Origin: Malacoraja senta
Lineage: Eukaryota
Reading direction: 5' to 3'
Length of the DNA stretch: 64,000 nucleotides
Assembly: GCA_038087875.1 (NCBI GenBank)
Contig: CM075991.1
Span: forward strand, 11,596,001-11,660,000
Shown: positions 1 through 13,245 of the stretch, one piece after another
How positions within the stretch are numbered: position 1 is the stretch's first letter
How the letters are laid out: every line of letters begins with the position of its first letter
The notes under the pieces: model-generated
What the model saw: only the letters and a program-made list of their open reading frames with translations
The model's database searches: none
Told to the model about the DNA's origin: nothing
Made by a program: the position numbers and the translations under genes

Positions 1-1022
1 ACTGTTGGACACTGTTGGACACTGTTGTCACTGTTGGACACTGTTGGACACTGTTGGACACTGTTGTCACTGTTGGACACTGTTGGACACTGTTGGACAC
101 TGTTGGACACTGTTGTCTGTTGGACACTGTTGGACACTGTTGTCACTGTTGGACACTGTTGGACACTGTTGGACACTGTTGGAACTGTTGTCACTGTTGG
201 ACACTGTTGTCACTGTTGGACACTGTTGTCACTGTTGGACACTGTTGGACACTGTTGTCACTGTTGGACACTGTTGTCACTGTTGGACACTGTTGGACAC
301 TGTTGGACACTGTTGTCTGTTGGACACTGTTGGACACTGTTGTCACTGTTGGACACTGTTGGACACTGTTGGACACTGTTGGAACCTGTTGTCACTGTTG
401 GACACCGTTGTCACTGTTGGAAACTGTTGGACACTGTTGGACACTGTTGTCACTGTTGTCACTGTTGGACACTGTTGGACACTGTTGTCACTGTTGGACA
501 CTGTTGGACACTGTTGGACACTGTTGTCTGTTGGATACTGTTGTCTGTTGGACACTGTTGTCACTGTTGGACACTGTTGGACACTGTTGTCACTGTTGGA
601 CACTGTTGGACACTGCTGGACACTGTTGTCTGTTGGATACTGTTGTCTGTTGGACACTGTTGTCACTGTTGGACACTGTTGGACACTGTTGTCACTGTTG
701 GACACTGTTGGACTGTTGTCTGTTGTCACTGTTGGACACTGTTGGACGCTGTTGGACACTGTTGGACACTGTTGGACACTGTTGTCTGTTGGACACTGTT
801 GTCACTGTTGGACACTGTTGGACACTGTTGGACACTGTTGTCACTGTTGGACACTGTTGGACTGTTGTCTGTTGTCACTGTTGGACACTGTTGGACACTG
901 TTGTCACTGTTGGACACTGTTGGACACTGTTGTTCATGGGCACTGTTGGACACTGTTGTCACTGTTGGACACTGTTGTCACTGTTGGACACTGTTGTCAC
1001 TATTGTCACTGTTGGACACTGT
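1..1022. repeat. Tandem satellite of mixed ACTGTTGGAC (10-mer) and ACTGTTGTC (9-mer) units
   Basis: Directly visible tandem array running off the window start; it explains the low-complexity ORFs at 5-1380. Confidence 0.97.
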
Positions 1023-2689
1023 CAGGGGACAACCCCCCCCCCCCCACTGTTATGTTTGCCCCTGGCTCACCAATGACCGATACAATGCTGTTCCAGCCAG
1101 CTATCCATTCTATCCAGCTGAACACAACAGCAGTCTTCATTTAAACAGACTTTTGAACATTTGTCAGACACTGTTGGACACTGTCGGACACTGTTCTCTG
1201 GTTGTAGTGGGATCTAGTTGTTCCTCAGGGCCAGACCACAGCTCTTCCAACCGAGAGAGTAAAATGACAGAGGGAGAAGTAATTGAAAACACCCAGGCAT
1301 TTTATAAATCCCCCATGTCAGTGACTTTCAGCTCCCTCACAGAGATGCGTGGATTTGCCAAGTTATGGATTCAGCTTTAAATAACAGTCAGTACAAATAT
1401 CATAAATTTTAATGCTGCCTTTGAGAAAGTTTTTTTCCGCAAGGCTGCTGGGCTGGAGGTAGATGTTTTTTCAGTCGGGGCAGATGTTTGTACTCAGTCT
1501 GTACCTGACGTGGTGCTTTTGTGATGGCAATCAGTGCATTTATGTGGAGCAAAAGCCTCATAAAAATGTCAGCACTTGAATTACATGATACCATATTTCA
1601 CTATTTTCTATTTTAGTACAATGAGTTACAGCGGCAGAAATGTGTCCCCATTAAAGGTGATTTGATATATTTTCTGCCTTGTTTAGAAGGACATCCATCT
1701 CCTAAGTAATAAAGAAAGTTGGCCTCCATTATTCTTTCTCTCTCCCCCTCCTGTCCGCGGTAATTTATTGCCTTGCAGTCTCTGGGCAGACTTGCACAGC
1801 AAGCAACTAAATAACCTCTAGAAGGTTTGCAATGTGCCGCCTGCTACAGTGTCTGTGCGTTGGGTGTATCGATTGCAGCCGTCTGTAGGAGGGCGGAGAG
1901 GGGGGCAGGGGAGAGTGGAGAGTGTGATCTATTAACTGCTCGGTGAAAGGAATGGCTCGCTACACGCACAGCCTAATGAATCCTGCTCCTCTCACTCTGC
2001 CCATCCCGTGCTGGGGAGAGCGCTGACAGAGCTGTAAGCTGCCCACAGTCCGAAGAAGGGTCTCGATCGACCCGAAACGCCACCCATCCATTCCTTCTCT
2101 CCAGAGATGCTGCCCGTCCCGCTGAGTTACTACTCCAGCTTTTAATGCCTGCAGTTTAAACCGGCATCTGCAGTTCCTTCCTACTACAGGCCCGGATACG
2201 TGGCTCGTAATGCTGGTGCCATCCCCACCCACTGCCCTCTCTCCCCACTGGGTTGGACACTGTTGGACACCGCCAGCCACACACAGATCCGGTGCCTTGG
2301 GGCAGGAGCGTCACAGTGGCGCAGCGGGTAGAACTGCTGCCTCACAGCGCCAGGAACCCGTGTTCGATCCTGACCACGGCTGCTGTCGGTGTGGAGTTTG
2401 CGCGTTCTCTCTGTGGTGAGTTCCTGGAACACGCTGTGATAGTGGTGTTTAAGACACTTTAGGATAGGCAGGTGGATGTGCAGAGAATGGAAGGGTATGG
2501 ATCACGTACAGGCAGCATGTTCAACACACACATTGTGGGCCGAAGGGCCTGTTCTTGTGCTATATTGTTCTATGTTCCACGTTTAACAATCAGGCAGCAG
2601 GGGGGTAAACGGCCAGAGGTTGTCACAGCAGAACAGGAGTGGACGAGAAAGTGGGATAACATGGAACTAGTGTGAATGGTGGGCCGAAG

Positions 2690-2985
2690 GGCCAGTTTAG
2701 AGATACAGCGCCGAAAGTGGCCCTTCGGAGTCCGCGCCGACCCGCGATGCCCGCAGATTAACACTATCCTACACACACCAGGGACAATTGTGTTCACATC
2801 TATAGCAACCGAAGGAACATACAAACCTGCACGTCTTTGGAGTGTGGGACTGAACTGAAGATCTCGGAGAAAACCCACACGGTCCCGGGGAGAAGGTACA
2901 AACTCCGTACAGGCAAGCACCCGTCGTCAGGATCGAACCCGGGTCACTGGCGCTGTGAGGCTGTAGCTCTACCGCTGCGCCAGTG
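2690..2985 (-). mobile_element. tRNA-derived V-SINE (HE1-like)
   Basis: Minus strand has an A box (TGGCGCAGCGG) and a B box (GGTTCGATCC) followed by the body shared with many other copies; boundaries approximate. Confidence 0.8.
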
Positions 2986-3584
2986 GTGGGGGGGGGGGGG
3001 GGGCGGTTATACTGACGGTTACAGGTGGAGGCACAGTGTGGGAAGGATTAGTTGAGAATTGCACTGCGTGCTGGCTGGGTTGCAGACAGCCAAGTGATGT
3101 TTGCTTTTGGCACCGTGCTCTCCCTTTCCCAGAACTGTCATCAGTCACTCTGATGACAGCCCGACAAGAACAGAAATAAGTTATTAATTAGCTGCTTAAA
3201 AAAAAACTGAAGTGAAGGGTATTAACACAGGAAACTATTATTGTAAATTCCCATCTGGGTTACCGCGGACGGCTCCAATTTTATGTCCGATTGGTTTGGG
3301 AACAGCTCCATCCGAAACCGCAAGAAATCGCAGTTGAATTGTGGACGCAGCCCAGACTATCACAAGAAACCAACCTCCTGACTCCAGCTACACATCACGC
3401 TGCCTCGGCAAGGCCAGCAGCATCATCAAGGACGAGTCGCACCCCGGCCACTCCCCTCTTCTCCCCTCTCCCATCGGGCAAATGGTACAGAAGTGTGACA
3501 ATGCACACCTCCAGATTCAGGGACAATTTCTTCCCAGCTGTTATCAGGCAACGGAACCATCCTACCAACAACCAGAGAGCAGTG

Positions 3585-3713
3585 TTTAAGAAGGAACTGC
3601 AGATGCTGGAAAATCGAAGGTAGACAAAAGTGCTGGAGAAACTCAGCGGGTGCAGCAGCATCTATGGAGCGAAGGAAATAGGCAACGTTTCGGGCCGAAC
3701 CCTTCTTCAGACT
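3585..3713 (-). mobile_element. Short Penelope-derived element with minimal hammerhead core
   Basis: Minus strand reads agtCTGAAGAagggttcggcccGAAACGTTgcc; near-identical to the 3' end of the Penelope copy at 55046-55142. Confidence 0.75.
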
Positions 3714-3824
3714 GGCCTACTCCTGGACTCCTGACTCTGAATGGCCTACTCCTGACCTGAAGTATCATCTGTCCATTCCTTCCAAAGATCGAGTCGTACA
3801 TCATGGAAAAAGGCTGATTTGCTC

Positions 3825-4260
3825 CTGATGAAAGAATGGAATGACTGGGCTTATATTCACTGGAATTTAGAAGGATTAGAGGGGATCATAGAAAAATCTA
3901 AAATCATTAAGGGATTGGACAGGCTAGATGCAGGAAACATGTTCCCGATGTTGGGGCAGTCCAGAACCAGGGGGCCACAGTTTAAGAATAAGGGTAGGCC
4001 ATTTAGAACTGAGATGAGGATAAAAAAAATCACCCAGAGAGTTGTGAATTTGTGGAATTCTCTGCCTCAGAAGGCAGTGGAGGCCGATTCACTGGATGCG
4101 TTCAAAGAGAGTTAGATAGAGCTCAGGACTATTGGAATCAAGGGATATGGGGAGAAGGCAGGAACGGGGTACTGATTGTGGATGATCAGCCGTGATCACA
4201 ATGAATGGTGGTGCTGCTTCAAAGGGCTGAATGGCCTACTACTGCACCTATTGTCTATGT
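3825..4260 (+). mobile_element. CR1-type LINE 3' fragment
   Basis: KIIKGLDRLDAGNMFPMLGQSRTRG...TQRVVNLWNSLPQKAVEA is the CR1 ORF2 C-terminus, followed by the shared 3' UTR. Confidence 0.85.
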
Positions 4261-4660
4261 CAAGTCAAGTCACATTTATTTATATAGCACATTTAAAAAA
4301 ACAACTCTCGTTGGCCAAAGTGCTTTACATTTGTTATAAGAATAGCACAACAAAACAAACTACATACATATATACATGTAGCCCTCACTCAGAGGACGCC
4401 AGGAAAGGCTTGGGAGTATAGATACGTCTTTAGTCTTGACTTAAAAGAGTCGATGGAGGGGGAAGTTCTGATGGGAAAGGGGATGCTGTTCCACAGTCTA
4501 GGGGCTGCAACCACAAAGGCCCGGTCGCCCCTGAGCTTATGCCTAGACCGTGGGATATTCGGCAACCCCAAGTCGCCCGATCTGAGGGGCCTGGAGGTGG
4601 AGTGGTGGGTGAGAAGTCTTTTTATGTAGGTGGGGGCAAGCCCATTGAGGCTTTGTAGAC
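4260..4660 (-). mobile_element. L2 LINE 3' fragment
   Basis: GDRAFVVAAPRLWNSIP...FKSRLKTYLY motif and (TTGAC)n tail. Confidence 0.85.
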
Positions 4661-6960
4661 TATGAATCTATGTAACATGCCCAATCTACACTAGTCCCAC
4701 CTGGCCGAGCTTGGCCCGTATCCCTTTAAACTTCTCCTATCCATGCACCTGTCCAAATGTCTCTTAAATGTTGTTATAGTTAGTACCTGCTACAACCATC
4801 TCCTCCTGAAGCACCTTCCATTCACCTACCACCATTTGTGGGGAAAAAAGTTACCCCTCAGGTTCCTATTACATATCATCCTTCCCACCTTCCCTTAACT
4901 CTTGCCTGACTCACTGAGTTCCTCCAGAAGTTAGTTCTTTGCACCAACAGTCCAAAGGCACTGTAACACAATATCAATGGATGTTTTTAAGGCAGAGATA
5001 GATAGATTCCTGATTAGTGTCAGGGGTTTATGGGGAGAAGGCAGGAGAATGGGGTTAGGAGGGAGGGATAGATCAGCCATGATTGAATGGCGGAGCAGAC
5101 TTGATGGGCCGAATGGCCTAAACCCACTCGTATCATTTATGACCTTGTGGAAAACCACCTCAACATTCAGTCTGAAGAATGTTATCGACCCGAAACGTCG
5201 CCTATTCTTTCTCTCCAGAGATGCTGCCTCACCCGCTGAGTTTTCTCCGGCATTTTTTTTTATCTACCTTCAACATTCGGGACATCAGGCTGAATCAGAA
5301 CATGAATTGTGTTTTTAAGAAGGAACTGCAGATGCTGGAAAATCGAAGGTAGACAAAAATGCTGGAGAAACTCAGCGGGTGAGGCAGCATCTATGGAGCG
5401 AAGGAAATAGGCAACGTTTCGGGCCGAACCCCTTCTTCAGACTGGAGGAAATAGGCAACGTTTCGGGCCGAAACCCTTCCGGGTTTCGGCCCGAAACGTT
5501 GCCTATTTCCTTTGCTCCATAGATGCTGCTGCACCCGCTGAGTTTCTCCAGCAATTTGTCCACCCCGCGACATGAATGATATTGGGTCTGTTTGAAGCCG
5601 CGTCAGAATTGTCAATTGGCGCTCCTCTGAAGGTGCAGGGACATGTTGGTGATGGAACTGCGTGCAGCCAGCTGGAGAGAGGTTACAGAGTAATCGCAGT
5701 GGCCTACACATGTTTTAATGGAACCAATTTAACATCCCCAGTGAACAGACGTGGCCAAGGAATCTTGGACGCGGCAAGCTTTGCCGAACGCTGTTTACAT
5801 GGGGAAAGAGAGTGCGATTTAACAAACGTGGTCTTAATTAAGTTAGCTTCATTTTTGCTCCGAGTTTAACACAGCACAGATGCACACAATCAGATGCGGG
5901 CTCCACCCCGGAGCTTGGCTCCCGCTCGCACTCATAAATCACTGTAAGTGAAGCTTGCAACTCGGGGACAGGACAAACAAGGAGGGAAAAGTGGGGCCCC
6001 TCTCCAGTCCAGGGCTACTCTCTCTCTCTTTTTCTCTCTTCCCTTCTCTATCTCTCCCCGGCTGTGGGAAGGGCGGAGGCTGAGGGGTACAAGATCACGA
6101 GGGGAGCACGGATAAGGTGAACACTCGCAGTCTTTCCCCCCCATGGTAGAGGATTCTAAAACTAGAGCGCACAGACTTAAGGTGAAAGGGGAGAGATTTA
6201 ACAGAGACCTCGGGAAACGTTTTCACTCAGAGGGTCGACTGTATCGGGCATGATCTGCCAGAGTAAGTTATAGAAGTGGATACATATAATTGTCTTTTTT
6301 AAAGACATTTGGACAGATATACGGATAGGAAGGGTTTGGATGGATACGGGGCAATTGCAGGCAAATGGGACTAGACCAGAATGCCAACTTGGTCAGCATG
6401 GACAAAGTGGGCCGAAGGGCCTGTTTCTGTGCTGTACGGCGCTATGGCTGCCAAACATCACCGGATTCCACCCCTCCTTGACCAATTTACAGAAGGCCAA
6501 TGAACACACCAGGGATGTAGGAGGAAACCGGAGCACCTTGGGGGAAGGAGATTTTATCCCGGGTAGAACGTGCAAACTCCACACAGACAGCGCCCGAGGT
6601 CATGATCGAACCCGGGTCTCTGGCGCCGTGAGGCCTCGGGCTCAGTGCTGCCCACAACGTGACATCACTGAGGGGAAGCGCCACGTTTCCGGGTTCCAAG
6701 TGGTTTGGCAGAATTTGGATCAAAAGCTTGCCTCTAAATGCACCCCTTGTGTTGGCTGGGTTTGATGTCTATTTCACGGGCGGAAAGTGCTTCACCAATG
6801 CACTTGGGCTCAACCAGCCCGGGATAGACCGTCTGATTTCTCACAATCATAGTCACAGAATGATACAGCGTGGGAACAGGCCCTTCGGCCCCAACTTGCC
6901 CCCACCGGCCAACATGCCCCAGCTATAGTCCCATTCCCCTCCAAACCTGTCCAATCCAAG

Positions 6961-7160
6961 NNNNNNNNNNNNNNNNNNNNNNNNNNNNNNNNNNNNNNNN
7001 NNNNNNNNNNNNNNNNNNNNNNNNNNNNNNNNNNNNNNNNNNNNNNNNNNNNNNNNNNNNNNNNNNNNNNNNNNNNNNNNNNNNNNNNNNNNNNNNNNNN
7101 NNNNNNNNNNNNNNNNNNNNNNNNNNNNNNNNNNNNNNNNNNNNNNNNNNNNNNNNNNNN
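6961..7160. other. Assembly gap (200 N)
   Basis: Run of N. Confidence 1.
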
Positions 7161-10100
7161 AAATGACAGCTTTCCAAGCTCTGCTGATCTGCTGCTGATA
7201 AGAGTGTACCAGCACTGAGTTAGAGCGAGAGAGCAGCGGCAGGTCCATAGCACAGACCCAGCGCTGCCCCAGCTGTGCACCATCCACTCCCTGGATGCTG
7301 CTGCCTGCCTTACCCCGTCTCTGATTAATGACTGCCCACTAACTGCTGAGCTCCACTTTTGTGAAGGGCACTCAGGCTTCCTCACTGAAGGTTACAGCTT
7401 GCTGCAGTCATCTCATGGAAACAGGCTGTTTGGCCCATCATGTCCGTGCTGTCCATAAAGCATCCACTTACATTCATCACATTTTTCCTCTCACATACAT
7501 CAACACCTGACAAAAATAGGTCCTTCGACCCACAATGTCTGTGCCGAACACAATGTCAAATTAAACTAATCGTCTCTGCCTGCATGTGATCCATACCCCT
7601 CCATTCCTTGCATTTCTATGCACCTAAATGTAACTAAAAGCTTCTTAAATGCCACTATTGTATCTGCCTCCACCATCACCCCTGGCAGCATGTTACAGGC
7701 CCCCACCATGTTTCCTCTCACATATATCCTGACAAAAACAGGCCCTTTTTGAGAACTGCGCAAAGTTTTGGACCACATGTGACAGGAAAGTGCTCAAAAC
7801 CAAACCCTGTGGATCCCGGGAGCAACCATTCAAGTTTCAAGCTCATCGGAATAAGTAATGTCTCGGGAGGGATGTGAGGGTGAATGTTGGTGAGGATTGG
7901 CGGAGTCAGGAGACCTACTGCAGGTCAGGGCACTCTCTTCTACCCCAGAGACTTCTCCGTGAACCCCGAGGCATCATAGGAGGCCATTCAGCCACTCAAG
8001 GGCGACATCTCATGATGCCTCCGGGTTAACAGAGGAGTCACTGGGCTAGGTTTAGGTTTAGTTTATTGTCACGTGTGCTGAGGTACAGTAAAAGCTTTTT
8101 TGTTGCCTGCTATAGTCAGCGGAAAGACTATACATGATTACAATCAAGCCGTCCACAGTGTACAGATACAGGATAAAGGAAATAGCATCTAGTGAGGGTC
8201 TCCAGACTCTGACCGGCTGCTTGGGTCACTTGCAGGGCCTCTTACCATGTTCTGACCCCGAAGTCTGGCCTCAGCTTCAAGAGTCAAATGAGTGTTTAAT
8301 TGTCATGTGTACTGACAACGGAACATTGAAATGTTCCCCTTCCCCGCCCCCCCCCCCCCTGCTCCACCTTTGCTGATCTGCAAAACTAGGACAGAGCTGG
8401 AGCAGCAGAATCAGCCACTGTAACCAAGCTGGGAGAATGTCTGCGGTCTGACAGCTCCGTTGTTCTCTCATTATTTTTAGATCTGCTGTGTCAGGAAGAG
8501 GACTGATATTCAACAATCCTTCACCTTCTGCAGGAGAGTCAGCATGGAGAGAGCACGTGAGTCGTGGTTGGATCGATGGCGCGCTGTGTAGAGCTTGCGT
8601 CACCTTAATTACCAGCATCGGGAGCAGTCGAGGCAATTCATCCGCTAATTTTGGGGCTGAGAGAGTTGTCCTATCATACATGGTTGAAGAAGTTGTCTCT
8701 GTATTCTTTGGAGTTCAGAAGAATGAGGAGTGATCTTCTGGAAGGGGTTGAGAGCCTTAGTGAGTTGACAGGGTAAAATGTCGAGATGTTTCCACCAATG
8801 AAAGAAACAGAATGGCGGGACAGAGATAGAAGACGGCAGGGGATGGACAATCTCAACTTCTCAACCCTAGGAAGGTGTGGGAATGAAGTCACTTCCCTTC
8901 ATGATCTTATACACCTCTATAAGATCACCCCTCAGCCTCCTGTACTCCAAGGAATAAAGACCCACCATGTCCAACCTCTCCCTGTAGCTCTGGTTATTGA
9001 ATCTGGGCAACATCCTTGTAAATCTTCTCTGCACTCTCTCCATCCTCATGACATCCATTCTAAAGCAGGGCAGGGGAGGAAATGTGGTAATGTGGGAGGA
9101 AATCAGTGCAGCCAGAGGGTAGAAATCCCAAGGCACACCGGCCTGAAGGACAAAGCGCAGCAAGGGAGACGATGAACTGGTGGATACGATGGTCAGTTCC
9201 TCAATGGACGGTGGACCATGAAACCACCTGATTCAGGCACACCCAAGGTCTGGAGAGCGTTGGAGCTGAACAAACTGATCCAAATCAGGGCAGGAACCAC
9301 GAGGTGCCGACCTCTGACCTAAGATTAGGTTTATGTTTACTACTGTCACAAGTAGCAAGGTACAGTAAAAAGCTGTGTTTTACATGCTATCCAAATAGAA
9401 CTGATATACCATATAGAGATACAAACATGTCAAAGAAAATGTACAATGGGTAGAGCAAAAGAGAAGATACAGAGTGCAGAATATAGTTCTCAGCATTGTA
9501 GCGCATCAGTTCCATAGACAATCTAATGTCCGCAATCGGGTAGAGGTGAATCGACGTGGGAGTGAATAACGTTAGAAAGACCCTCAAAGACCACCATTCA
9601 GTGACTTCCTCTGCCCTTAGCTGAGTAACTCACCAAGTCAGACTGGAGACGCAAGGAATTGCTGGAATCTTGAGCAAAACCCAAAGTGCTGGAAGATCTC
9701 GGCGAGTCAGGCAGCATCTGGGGAGGGAATGGATAGATGAATTTTCAGGTCAGGACCCTTCTTCTGTCTGTTCATTCCCTCCATAGATGCTGTCTGCCCT
9801 GCTGAGTTACTCGAGCTCTTTGTGTCCTTTTTTTGTAAATCAGCATCTGCAGTTCCTTGTTGCTTCATTCACTTTGGTTCTGATTCAGTAATATCAGAAC
9901 CTCAGTACTTTCCCTTTATCAAACAGATAATTCAAAAACTTCACTGGTTGTAACCTCTGTTCTGAAGCATGTAAACATTAGATACCTTGCTTTTCATTGA
10001 CATCATTGCAGCAAAATTACCACATTTTCTATAAAAACACATGCCTGTTGCAATAAAAACTCCCCTGTGGGTTCTGAGTCACACACCAGACCTGCCCCTT

Positions 10101-10214
10101 TCCGGTGTATTTCTCTCAACCTGTGCTGCTGCTGCTGCATATTAGTCCAGGTCAGCCAGACATTGAGGTGTTTCGCAGGGAGACTAGACTCTACACCTTT
10201 TCCTGGCAAAGACA

Positions 10215-10830
10215 ATGCTAGCATTTATTTTAAGAGGGCTAAACAGGGATGCAATGCTGAGGCTCTATAAGGATCTGGTCAGGCCGCATTTGGAGAATTG
10301 TGAGCAATTTTGGGCACCATATCTGAGGAAGGATGTGCTGGCCCTGGAGAGGGTCCAGAGGAGGTTTACAAGAATGATCCCAGGAATGAGTAGGCTAACC
10401 TAGTGATGAGCATTTGATGGCACTGGGCCTGCACTCGCTGGAGTTTAGAAGAATGAAGGGGAACCTCATTGAAACATACCGAATAGTGAAAGACTTGGAT
10501 AGAGTGGATGTGGAGAGGATGGTTCCATTAGTGGGAAAATCTAGGACTAGAGGTTATAGCCTCAGAATTAAAGGGTGTTCCATTAGGAAGATGAGAAGGA
10601 ATTCTTTAGTCAGAGGGTAGCTAATCTATGGAATTCTTTGCCACAGAAAATTGTGGAGGCCCATGTATATGTTTAAGGCAGAGATAGCTAGATTCTTGAT
10701 TAGTACGGTTGTCAGGGGTTATGGGGAGAAGGCAGAAGAATGGAGTTTGAAGGGAGAGATGGATCAGCCATGATTGAATGGCGTAGTAGGCTTGATGGGC
10801 CAAATGGACTAATTCTGCTCCTCTTACTTA
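10215..10830 (+). mobile_element. CR1-type LINE 3' fragment
   Basis: LYKDLVRPHLENCEQFWAPYLRKDVLALERVQRRFTRMIPG motif, disrupted by stops and frameshifts. Confidence 0.85.
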
Positions 10831-11544
10831 ATACCTTAGCCTCCGGCTACCACCCCATGCCTTCTCCAGACGGGCTGGGATCTCATGCCCCAACAGACAG
10901 TCGTATCCTAGTCCCATTGCCACCTCACACCGCCTGCAGTCTGGGTTTTCTGTTATGTTGTCCCACTTTTACATCCATTCCCTACACACTCAGGGCAATT
11001 TACAGAGGACAGGTAACCTACAAACCTGCATGCCTTTGGGATGTGGGAGGAAAACGGAGCACCTGGGGAACACCCATACAGTCACATGGAGAACGTGCAA
11101 ACTCCACACAGACAGCACCCGAGGTCAGAATTGAACCTGGGTCTCCAGTGCCGTGAGGCACGACTCTACCAGCTGCATTACTCCAAGTCTGTTAATGGGA
11201 GACCCACCCCCAGCCCATCCCATTGCCTCTATCAAACCTCCTCCCAACTGCTTCTCTCCGAGGAGAACGTCCACCTTGGACAACCTTTCCATGAACATGA
11301 ATCCCTCATCTTTCGAACAATTTGTGGAATCCCCTCTGCTCCCCTTTCAGGGACTTTCACATCCTTAAAGAGCAGCCATGCACACCGCGAACAATTCCTT
11401 TTCAAATCATTGCCAGTTTCCATATTTACTCATGACCTTTCGGCCCATCAAGTCTCTGCTGGCTCACAGAGAAATCCCATTATCCTACGTACGTTACCTG
11501 CAGGCTATTCATGCCGCATCCCCCTCCTCTCCAATCCCCCTCAC

Positions 11545-11862
11545 CTGGCCCATGGTGGGATGTGGAAACAGCCTGGTCTGTACTCGTAGTGGCCAAAACC
11601 AGGGCTTCACTGAGTCGGGGCAGGAGCTCTGAATGACTCCCAAGGATGTCAGCTGCTCAGCAATGAGATTGCAGCAATCATCCTCTATTGAATCTCTCTG
11701 TCCTCTCCCACACAAGCACCTCTACAAAAGTCTCACTGGCACCAACTTCTCAACTCTGCCATAGTTCCCACTTCCACCGCGGCTCAGAGGAGGCTTGTCT
11801 GCACACCGTGGACACACAGTCATGTGCAGGAGCAAGTCAGAGACTCAAACACACCAGGAAGG
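11545..11862 (-). other. Candidate exon of an unidentified gene, ending in Kozak ATG-GGC-CAG (MGQ) and a donor
   Basis: Acceptor tatttgtctccag at 11863, unique sequence, ending CCCACC ATG GGC CAG|gtgagg; no protein homology recognised. Confidence 0.45.
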
Positions 11863-12129
11863 CTGGAGACAAATAGTCGACAGAAGCAAGAATCTGGTAT
11901 AACAAACAGAGCTCAGCGGGTCGAACACCGTCTCTCCAGGCGAGAGGTGGATGTTCGTTTTTTGGGTCACTCCTGATGGAGGTTCTCAACACGAAGACTC
12001 AACTCGCACCTTTTGCCACCACAGACGTGCTGAGCTCTTCCTGCGTTCTGTTCTTTTAAATCAGAAGGGCTGCCGAGAGAGGAGACTATGTGAGACACTA
12101 GTATCCCTCTCTCTTATACACACAACGCC

Positions 12130-12675
12130 TTTCTCTCTCTGACACACACATATACAGTCACACATACACACTAACACACATACAGTGTCTCTCACACACA
12201 TTGCTCTCACACACATTGTCTCACACACACACAGTATCTTTCACACACAATCTCCCTCTCACACACAACCCCTCCCTCTCACACACACATAAGTGCCCCT
12301 TACTCTCACACACAGTGTCTTTCTCACACATACAGTGTCTCTCACACTCAGTGTCTCTCACACAATGTCTCTCTCACACACACACGAAGTGCCCCTTTCT
12401 CTCACACATACACACTAACACACAGTGTCTCTCCCTCACACACACAGTGTCTCTCCCTCACACACACACACTAACATACAGTGTCTCTCTCACACACACA
12501 CAAAGTGCCCCTTTCTCTCACACACACTAACACACACAGTGTCTCTCCCTCACACACACACAACCCCTCTCTCTCTCACACACACACACTAACACACAGT
12601 GTCTCTCTCTCACACACAATCTCTCTCACACACAGTGTCTCTCCTTCACACACACACACACACAACCCCTCTCCC

Positions 12676-12716
<41 letters not shown>

Positions 12717-13055
12717 CCCCTCTCCCCCCCACACACACACACACACACACACAACCCCTCTCTCCCCCCACACACACACACACACACACACACAACCCCT
12801 CTCTCCCCTCACACACACACACACACACACAACCCCTCTCTCCCCCCCACACACACACACACACACACACAACCCCTCTCTCCCCCCCCACACACACACA
12901 CACACACACACAACCCCTCTCTCCCCCCCACACACACACACACACACACACACACAACCCCTCTCTCCCCCCCCACACACACACATCGTCACACACATGT
13001 ACACACAGTATCAGACATACAATGTCACACATACCCGAGTCCCCCACACACACAT
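12130..13055. repeat. CA-rich compound micro/minisatellite
   Basis: (CA)n blocks separated by AACCCCTCTCTCCCC and AGTGTCTCTC spacers. Confidence 0.95.
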
Positions 13056-13103
13056 GACCTTAACTTCAACTTAACTTGACCTTAACCGTCTGCCCTCACT
13101 CAC

Positions 13104-13245
13104 TTGCACAAGTTGCCGGCCGGCCGGGAGGTGCCCACATGGAGCAGGATCCCGCCTGTCTGTCCGCCCGCCCGCCCGCACTCGACGCCAAGCTTGAAGC
13201 TGCCTGCCTCGGAGCGCGCGCTTCAGCAGCGGCCCAACGGACAAC
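13104..13245 (-). other. Candidate first exon of the unidentified gene (5' end approximate)
   Basis: CpG-rich, lies just downstream (minus sense) of a GC-box/CCAAT cluster and ends in a strong donor CAA|gtgagt at 13103-13098. Confidence 0.55.

Noticed and set aside
5..1380. Long Cys/His/Trp-rich ORFs
   Set aside because: Translations of a stop-free satellite, open in all three frames.
5563..5671. Candidate minus-strand exon (ctctctccag acceptor)
   Set aside because: Phase-0 frame has a stop, the other frames show no homology, and the putative donor lies at a repeat junction.
6810..7385. ORFs spanning N runs (also 59396-60265)
   Set aside because: Artefacts of translating through assembly gaps.
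8277..8733. 134-aa minus and 81-aa plus ORFs in unique DNA
   Set aside because: No recognisable domain and no convincing splice or start context; may be regulatory DNA.
10120..10202. Candidate exon after the MGQ exon (tctttgccag acceptor)
   Set aside because: Phase-0 reading stops after three codons and the donor is weak; cannot be supported as coding.
12201..13074. HT/CV-repeat ORFs (also 43001-43853)
   Set aside because: Dinucleotide microsatellite artefacts; only 43105-43216 is a real exon.
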